From contig NC_068991.1 of the NCBI RefSeq assembly GCF_001194135.2, positions 35,155,544 through 35,219,543 on the forward strand: a DNA stretch of 64,000 nt. Reading direction: 5' to 3'. Origin of the DNA: Octopus bimaculoides. Taxonomy: Eukaryota. Below the pieces are notes generated by a model. It saw only the letters and a list, made by a program, of their open reading frames with translations. It had not been told where the DNA came from and searched no databases. The translations under genes and the position numbers were made by a program. Positions 55,901 through 64,000 of the stretch are shown here, in pieces (the first letter of the stretch is position 1; every line of letters begins with the position of its first letter).

Positions 55901-58530
55901 TTTCATGGACGCCATTGAGCTTATTGCGGAGTTTGACCCATTTTTACATAAAAATTTAGAGAAATGTATAAATGAAAAAGTAAATATTACTTACCTATCC
56001 AAATCTGTGTCTGAAGAATTGATAGAAATCATGGGAAAACATGTGAAAGATGAAGCGGTGAATCAGATCAACAACCTAAACATCAAATACTACTGTTATT
56101 GTTGACTCTACACCTAACATAACACATGTTGACCAGCTAGTAATTATGGTTCAATACTGTTATAATAGAAAACCCTATGAGAGATTTTTAGCATTTTTGC
56201 CAATAGAAAAACCACGACCTTGTTCAACAAAATAATTTCTGGGGGAGCATAAATATTCACTTGAAAATATCCGTGGTCAGTTGTATGATAATGCTTCCAA
56301 CATGAAGGGCTCGGATAAAGGGCTGCAAGCACTTCTTAAAAACATTAACAGGTATGCAGACTATGTACCATGTGCAAGCCATTCACTCAACCTTGTTTGA
56401 TAAAAGGCAGTGTCTCCTGTACCTGAAGTTATTGACTATTTTGGTATCTTGCAGCAGCTGTATGTTTTCTTTTCTGAATCTTCTCAAAGATGAGAGATTT
56501 TGAACACACAGGACAATCTAGCCTTTTCTCTAAAGAGCTTAAGTGTAACTAATTGGTCTGCACATTGTGAAACAGTTTGGGCAATTAAAAATGGATATAG
56601 GGATATTTTACAAACTCTCAAACATGCTTGAAGACTTAGAAGAGAAGCCTGAATGTAAGCGAGATGCAAATAATTTATACCACAAATTGGTAAAATTGGA
56701 ATATGCTATTTTAACAGTCGTTTGGGAAGAAGTTAGGGAGTGTTTTAACAAAACAAGTAAGAAATTCCAAACTCCTGGTTCTGATGTATTTGAAGGTTAC
56801 CTTCTGCTAGCATCTTTGTTTTCATTTGTTAAAGAACTACAAGAAAATCCAGCCAACAAGATTGCACACTATGCGACAGTAACAAAAGGTTTATCCGAAT
56901 ATATCATCTCAAATTATTCTGATATTTCCAACTGCATTGTTACAAAGAAATTTGCAGATGGAACAAGTGATAGGGCTTCCTTGGAAGAGGCTGAAAAATT
57001 TAGGATAGAAGTTCTAAATCAAGTCTATGACTGCTTGATAATCCAGTTAAGCAAGAGGATGGACCCAAATGAGCAGATTGCAAAAAGGTTCAAGTTTCTC
57101 TCAGGATTGATGAACAATTTAGAATTTGTTGAGAACAGTATCAAACTTATCATATTGCATTACAAAGATGATATTGACCACAAATTAATAAATGAGTGTT
57201 ATCAGTTCAAAGAGTATTTACACCTTAGGAAATCCTGGAACACAGAAGAAATCACACCATCTAAAATGCAATGCACAGAAGTTCTTCAGTTTATTTATGA
57301 GCAACAATTAGTTGAAGTGTGACCTCTAATATTACCACTGCACATAAACTGTACTTGATGATGCCTATCATGAGCTGTGAAGCAGAAAGGAGTTCCTCAA
57401 AGCTTTCCTTTGCAAAAAATAAATTTCAATCTACCATGACTGAAAAGTGCTTAAATTCCTTATGTATATTGTCTCTAGAAAAGGACATTGCAAGGAAGCT
57501 GTCATATGAAAAAACTGTTGCTACAAAAAGAGAAAAAAGACTATTTTGTAATTTTCGTATGTATATTAATGATGCATAGTGCATGAATATAACGCTTCCC
57601 TAATTTTCAACCCCCATAACTCTAAAAGTATAAGGCTTAGCCTGGAAAATATTTGTAGTGATCAGTCATGGAACAACCACATCGACAAAAATATCAGTGA
57701 TTACCCATACCTCGTTTCTGGTGGAAAGAGGGCTCATTTTCAGATTCATTTTTAAGGACTCCACTATTTGGGCTATCAGGGTCTCAAGCTGGAGTTCCTT
57801 GCAAGGGCACGAAAATTCTGTGACTCTTGTTGGATGTTACCCTACTGTTGCTGGTTGTAAAGCCCCCACCTCCATAATATTTTAAGCTTCAAGGCCCCAA
57901 TATTGTAGATCTGCCACTGATCATTCCTGAGCCACTTCTATCTTTCCTTCCTTCCTACACAATCCCGATACTTCCCAACCAGTCACACCTCCATTCCTGT
58001 TCGTCATTACATTAACTTCTACCCCCATCTCTTGTAACTCTTATAACTACATTCACCTTTAACCTCATCCTCTAACTTCCCACCCCCTTCTTCCACTCTC
58101 TTAATCCACTCTCTTAATCCCCATCACTATCATCACTACACAATGCAGGTTAGCCATGTATCTTTACTGTAGCAAGATATTTGAACTTGTCCTTCTATAA
58201 TATTTTTACAACCCCTACCCACAACAAATACCCTGCATAAAGCCTCTTCTCTCTCCTCTCAAATACTCCCCCACCTCACTTTTCCTTTCTTTGTCTTTCT
58301 TGTCTTGCAAACTAGTTGGAAACCTTACTAGTGCTGGTGGCACAAAAAACATCCTGTACACACTGTAATGTTGTTGATGTAAAGAAGGGCATCCAGTTAT
58401 AGAAATCATACCAAAGCTGATATTGGGGCATATAACAACTTTGTGGCTTGATAGATCTTGCCAAACCATCCAACCCATGCCAGTATGGTAAACAGATAGT
58501 AATTTGATGATGATAATGATGATGATCACA
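52960..58530 (+). mobile_element. Decayed RTE LINE (RT 52960-54030, pyrimidine-rich UTR, (GAT)n tail ~58505-58525), interrupted by the hAT
   Basis: ELLYADDLIL motif near 53120; C-terminal ERRLHLFGHVM-like motif near 53810; UTR resumes after the hAT TSD. Confidence 0.7.
54444..57919 (+). mobile_element. hAT DNA transposon, 3476 bp, complete ends, decayed transposase (~55056-57579)
   Basis: 15-bp TIRs CAGTGTCGGATCTAC / GTAGATCTGCCACTG; perfect 8-bp TSD ATCATTCC (54436-54443, 57920-57927); LSERGLAFRGH (DUF4371-like) and SCEAERSSSKLSFAKNKFQSTM (hAT dimerisation domain). Confidence 0.92.
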
Positions 58531-58599
58531 CATATATTTAAAGAAAGATTTTCTTAAAAGTTATTAACTTTTACAGAGTACAAAGAGACAGAAAACTAA

Positions 58600-59267
58600 G
58601 AGGAGGAGGTTTGGTATTTCAGGTCCAACAGCTGTTTCTGGGGGCTCAGAATTACATAATGTTGGCAAATGTAGTTTGCAAAAAGTCAAGAAAATGCAAC
58701 CAGTCATGGATACATATAAACATTAGGTACATCTGGCTTCCATCTTCAGGGTGGAGAGAGATTAGTACCTAACATTTCAAATCATAATGCAGGGGAATTT
58801 AAAAGTAGAAGAGGAAGGCCAACAGAGAGAGTAGGCAGATCAAGATGGGGTAGGGATGGGGATGCTGAAGTAAGGAAGGGCAAGAAGAGATAGGAAAGTC
58901 AGAGAAAGAAGGAGGGGATTGGTAGCATTGTAAAGGGTGGTTGAGGCTATAGAAACTGAGAAAGGGAAATTGGTACAATGAGAGAAAAGAGTGGCAAGCA
59001 TTAAAATGGAATCTAGTTATAGATGCTGATAGAGTGGCAAAGGAGGAATTCGAAAAATCAAGGTGGATTGGCAGCAGAGGGAGAGTACTGAAGTAGGCAG
59101 AAAGATATGAGGGTAAAACAGGGATGGATTGGTTGGTAGCAAAGGTAAGGGTTAGGTAGTGCTAAGTGGTTCTGATTGAAAAAGAAACTAGGAGATAAGG
59201 AAGGAATTCAAAGTATGAGGTGGTAAAGGAGGATATGCTGGGTAAGAGAAACATGCAAATGGAATCA

Positions 59268-59272
<5 letters not shown>
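58600..59272 (-). mobile_element. Probable PLE 3' end (pyrimidine-rich tract + hammerhead relic) abutting (TA)n
   Basis: Starts at (TA)n 59273-59307; on the minus strand a pyrimidine-rich tract is followed by CTGAAGA...GAAAC-AGCT-GTT. Confidence 0.45.
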
Positions 59273-59309
<37 letters not shown>

Positions 59310-59509
59310 GAAGGGTGGTATAACTCAACAGAGACTATATAAAGGTAAGACTAATTCTAATGCATCACAATCTGATGATGGCTTAGCTTGCAAAAACTTC
59401 AAAGTCACTGTCAAGTGTAAGAATAATAAATTTGAACTCTATATAGAGTAACTCATCAGATTAATGTAACTGAGCAAAAAACAAACATTAATATATATAT
59501 ATTAATATA

Positions 59510-59873
59510 CAGGCATGGCTGTATGGTAAGAAGCTTGCTTCCCAACCACATGGTTTCCGGTTCAGTCCCACTGTGTGACACTTAGGGCAAGTGTCTGCTT
59601 CTATAGCCTCAGGCAGACAAAACCTTGTGAGTGGATTTGGCTGATAGAAACTGAAAGAAGCCCATCATATATATGTGTGTCTTTGTTTGTCATCCATCAC
59701 CGTTTGACAACCAGTGTTGATGTGTTTACATCCCTGTGACTTAGAAGTTCAGCAAAAGACTCTGATTGAATAAGCACTAGTCTGAAAAAATAACTCCTGA
59801 GCTTCATTTGTTTGACTAAAACCCCTCAAAGTGATGCTCCAGCATGACCACGCTCAAATGACTGAAACAAGTA
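59510..59873 (+). mobile_element. Full-length family-1 SINE
   Basis: Colinear with the reverse complement of 51148-51515. Confidence 0.8.
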
Positions 59874-60359
59874 TATAATATTTAAATATATAAATTTAGA
59901 GAAAAGAACCACAATTCCTGAACCCATCCATGAGAATCCACAGTCACATATAGAAAAAAATTTAATAAGTAAATACACTAAAAGGAATTATAATAAAATA
60001 CAAAGTAATAATTATTAAAATTATAAAATGACTACACGTGTTTCATAACTACATTTTCATTCACTTGATATTTATTGTTAGTTGATATCCTATTTAACGT
60101 TAAGTTATTAGTATAACATTTAACATTTTAGTTTAAACCAAAACTTCGATTAGAATAGTGTTGCATTTATTTTCAATAATATTATTTAATGTTTCTCTTT
60201 GATTTATTGGTAAATAGTATAACGTTTAGAATTTTATTTTAAACTAAAAATTCGATAGGATAAGTTTTGCATTTGTTTTTAATAATTTTGTATCTCAGCC
60301 AAAGCATTGTGTTAACAACAAACAAGATGAGGACAAATATCCATCAATTGTAAATAATG

Positions 60360-60418
<59 letters not shown>

Positions 60419-60769
60419 TTCATTTTTGTATCTGATTTGCAAGATTCTTTATGTGAATTCGTATGCTGAAACAAATTTTGTTATGTCTAGGGAGACTCAT
60501 TAAGCCAATATTATTAACACATACATTGGTTCAATTCCACTCCTTTATTATTAGCCAATTGATTAAATATCCAACTAACTAGTCGATTGTTTGTTTAATT
60601 TGGTTAAATGTAAGTCATTTGTTTTGTTTTTGTTTGTCAAAGGTCTTTCGTTGCTACGTGCAACTTTTTCAATGACTTTCATCTTAGTCCATTACAGAGG
60701 CTGTGTTTGTCTGCTTAAGACCTTGTTATGTGCATGGGTATACATGCCAGTGTGTACTTGTACTTGCAT

Positions 60770-61230
60770 ATGTATGTAAGTATGCATGTATGTATTCTTC
60801 TGTGTATTCATGTGTCTGTATGCATTTGTGTATGTATGTATGTATATGTGTGTTTTTGTGTGTACATTTGCTTCCTTGTGTGTGTTGCTTGAGTGTGTCT
60901 ATGCATATGAGTTTGTATGTGTATGCATGTGTGCCTTTATATGTCTGTATGTGTGTGAGTGTATGGTCATGTGTTTCTGTGTCTGTGTATGTGTATGTGT
61001 CAGTCCATACTACCTATGTACTACCTACCTATCTATCTACTTATTTATCTACCTACTTATCTACCTACCTATTTGCTTGCCTATCTTATCACCTATCTTC
61101 CTACCTACATAATTAACTAACTAATAATTTATATATCTAACCTAACCACCTAAAACTTATCTACTTACCTATCTAACTAACTACCTATTTACTTACTTGA
61201 CTACCTACTTACAAATGTACCTATATATGT
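60770..61230. repeat. Degenerate (TG/TA)n followed by (CCTA/TCTA)n microsatellite
   Basis: Direct inspection. Confidence 0.85.
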
Positions 61231-62599
61231 ACACTGTGTGGGTGGTATTTTTGGCATTGAGGTATCTCTACCTTCTATATGTATTTCCTATTTAGTATGG
61301 GTAATGTTTCATTCATGAGGACATACTCTTGTATTTGTCTAAGTGGTGAGACTTTTGGATGTTTGGACAAAATGTAGTTGTCAATCCATGATTTAGTTAC
61401 CAATATCAGATTCCACAAGTACCATAACTCCTTTCAAACTAAGCTGAAATCTGATATTAGAAACTTTAGAAGCTCCAAAAAGAAGTTGTATTTTCTGATT
61501 AGACCAACAATCTGTATGAAGTTACTAATGATCTATATAATAAGTTGTTAAATGACACCATTTCCACAAAATATAAGAACACTAACATAAACAGATACAA
61601 TATTAATGATGAGGCTACATTCCTCACTAAACGTAGTAAAATCAATGATAGTTTAGAATGATTAGCAAAAAACGGAAGCTTTTATTACTTTAAATGATCA
61701 TAAACCTACTTGTAGATTATTACACCCAGTGAGGACTGAAATTGGGCTAGTAGCTAAAAAATACCAAAAAACATTAATAATAAAATTAGAGTGACCATCT
61801 GGCTAGAACAATGGGATTATTGTTTTACTGTAATAGACTGGTTAAAGAACATTAAGAATAAGCATAGGCTTAGTATTACTCAGTTCAATATTATAAATTT
61901 TTATCCCTCCATATCAAAATCAGTGCTTGATAAAGCCATCGAGTTTGCTGAATCATGTTGATATAAATCCTGTAGACCTAGACTCTATCATGCATGCAAC
62001 AAAAGCAGTCCTGTTTAGTTAGGGCTCAGTGTAGTGAAAAAGTCCGATAATGATGAGTTGTTTGATGTATCAATGGGATCATACGACAGTGCTAACGTCT
62101 ATGATCTTGAAGGTCTCTTTTGTATTGAACAGATTGAGCTCCTAGTACCCATCCCACAATGTTGGTCAATACTGAGATGATGGATTGGGTTTTTCCTATG
62201 GCTGTCACACCCTTGATAAATTTAGGAAACAGCTTACTTCTACCTTCAGTCAATTAGGCCTTAAAATCACTGTTGCCACTAAAGTTGATCTTTTAGACGT
62301 TTCCCTAGACTTAAACTCCTCTTATAAACCTTACCAAAAGCTTGAGAAACTTTCCTGTATACACAAACAGTTTTGTCAACATCCTTCCCCCATAATATTT
62401 AAAAACTTGATAGCTAACATTAGTAACAGAGTATCTAGCCTCTCTTCCTCTAAAGAAATTTTCAAGGCAGCCCCCTACTACAATGCCCTAGCCAATAGTG
62501 GCTTTAATGATGAATTAATATATAATCCCTCTAATAATAATACAAACAATAAAAATAGACCTAGAAGAATAATCCCCCCCCCCCCACTATCCATTTCCA

Positions 62600-62818
62600 T
62601 TAACCCTCTTAGGACACCCAGGTCAATTGATCAGCCCAAGTGATACAAGCTGAAAGGACTTTGAGGACGCTCCATTGAATCAATCGAACAAATGTTGTGA
62701 ATGTTTGGTTTTGAAGTGTAATAGCTAATCAGAAGTTGTCTTTCAGTAGATATATCTCAATAGAAAAAAAATTTAGTTTTTTTTTTTGGTTACACATACC
62801 AAAAACACCATGTGTTAA
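62600..62818. mobile_element. TTAA-flanked ~211-bp insertion (piggyBac-like, degenerate right TIR) inside the PLE
   Basis: TTAA duplicated at 62600-62603 and 62815-62818; left end CCCT; excision restores the PLE peptide ..SIKTNTGERFL. Confidence 0.6.
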
Positions 62819-63259
62819 AACCAACACAGGTGAAAGATTCCTGTCTTTCCTTAGACAAACATTTTCCAGAAAATCACAGGTACAGAAAAATATTCAACAA
62901 TATTAAATTTTCATATAGCTGCTGCCCCAATAGGAAAAGCATCACATGCAAACACCACCAAGAGTCTACCCCCAGTTGTAACTGTCAAAACCCAGGAATT
63001 GGTCCAATTGACAAGGAATGAATAATTAAATCCATCATATATGAGACAGAAGTTACAGCAACGCTAGATGATAACATAACCGAAAATAAGAGATACAGGA
63101 GTGAAGGCCATTTCAGAAATCGCTATGCTAACCAAATATCTTCCTTCTAGCTCAGGGACAAAAGTAAGGCCACTAAGTTGACTAGCCACGTATGGGGTTT
63201 GAAGTCTAATGCCACACCACATACAATAAAGCAGAAAACAATCACAAAGTCCATATCAT

Positions 63260-63574
63260 GTTATTTTTATTTATGCACCCTTTTCAAGCCTAGCCAGGCT
63301 CATGGGCCTGGTTTCTATGGCGTATGTGTTCTCTCCCAGCTGGACAGGACGCCAGTCCATCACAGCATTACTCAAGAAACAGGAAGAAAGAGTGAGAGAA
63401 AGTTGTGGCGAAAGAGTACAACAGGGGTCGCCACCACCCCCTGCCAGAGCCTCATGGAGATTTAGGTGTTTTCGCTCAATAAACACACACAATGCCCAGT
63501 CTTGGAATCAAAACTGCGATCCTCCGACCACCAGTTCGCTGCCCTAACTTAACCACTGGACCATCGCGCCTCCA
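63260..63574 (-). mobile_element. tRNA-derived SINE with V/Meta-SINE-like domain inserted in the PLE
   Basis: Head tggaggcgcgatggtccagtggttaag..gattcc; gctgtgatggactggcgtcctgtccag domain; A-rich tail; TSD CATATCAT (63252-63259, 63575-63582). Confidence 0.7.
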
Positions 63575-64000
63575 CATATCATATGTCCACGGATCAAAAA
63601 ATGTAAGCAGCATGTAACTGATAGAACACAGATCCTTTTCAGGTCTATGAACTCCACCGCACTGCTGAATTCCAGATCTGAAATTTTCAGTAGTTGTAAA
63701 CATATGGATAAGTTTCTGTTGGTGAATTGGAAAATATAACCCTCTCTTAACTGAGCAGTTGTACTGCAGACTCTAGGCCACTATTCATTCAGCCTTATGA
63801 CTTTATGGTCAAAGGGGACATAACTCTAATTCTCCCCTCCTTCTTTTTTCTGTTTTCTTTTCCGTTTTCCAGTTTTTCAACATTCCACCTTTTACATCTA
63901 CTCCCTCTTCACCTTTTCTCCTTTTTTCTCTCATCCTATTGTCCAAATTTAGCTTGTTATGCCATGTGGGCATAGCCTAAGGATTACATGAAGACACTAG

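Larger units (their letters stand above)
61400..64000 (+). mobile_element. Decayed Penelope-like element (RT + GIY-YIG), with two nested insertions
   Basis: SMGSYDSA, RDDGL, VDLLDVSLDL, YKPY, HPSPIIFK..RVSSLSSSKEIF, DKHFP..KIFNN.IKFSYSC, CNC, IIYETEV, LTSHVWGLK, LNSRSEIFSSCKHMDKFLL*; then a pyrimidine-rich 3' UTR. Confidence 0.85.

Noticed and set aside
55056-57579. Domesticated ZBED/ZMYM1-like gene
   Set aside because: Multiple stops and frameshifts, with TIRs and TSD still present, indicate a dead transposon.
59372-59470. Further CTGATGA motifs (plus 59372, minus ~59453; also CTGAGGA at 20359)
   Set aside because: The GAAA and cleavage-site halves are too degenerate to support a hammerhead call.
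59510-59585. tRNA genes at SINE heads (also 50081, 51440-51515, 63500-63574)
   Set aside because: They have A/B boxes but no complete cloverleaf or acceptor stem, and they continue into SINE bodies.

Overview
AT-rich, repeat-dense eukaryotic DNA. The repeat families (tRNA-derived SINEs, RTE LINEs with (GAT)n tails, abundant (TA)n/(CA)n) suggest an octopus genome, which is an inference. The window holds the 3' 21 coding exons (+ strand, 443-41859; 3666 nt, 1221 aa plus stop, all introns GT-AG and phase-consistent) of a HEATR5/HEATR5B (p200, AP-1 accessory) orthologue; its 5' part lies upstream of the window. Introns and the downstream region carry many mobile elements: RTE LINEs, SINEs, two TIR-complete mariners, a 3.5-kb hAT with an 8-bp TSD, a non-autonomous Helitron, TTAA-flanked MITEs, a putative solo LTR, a foldback element and a Penelope-like (RT + GIY-YIG) element. 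The most notable observation is a structurally complete minimal type I hammerhead ribozyme candidate (35302-35374), in sense orientation in intron 19. It lies beside a 49-bp near-perfect hairpin in a ~360-bp (TA)n-bounded cassette, and several decayed hammerhead-like relics occur elsewhere in the window. A perfect 24-bp hairpin and a possible unidentified convergent gene lie downstream of HEATR5. There are four assembly gaps. All coordinates were read by eye.
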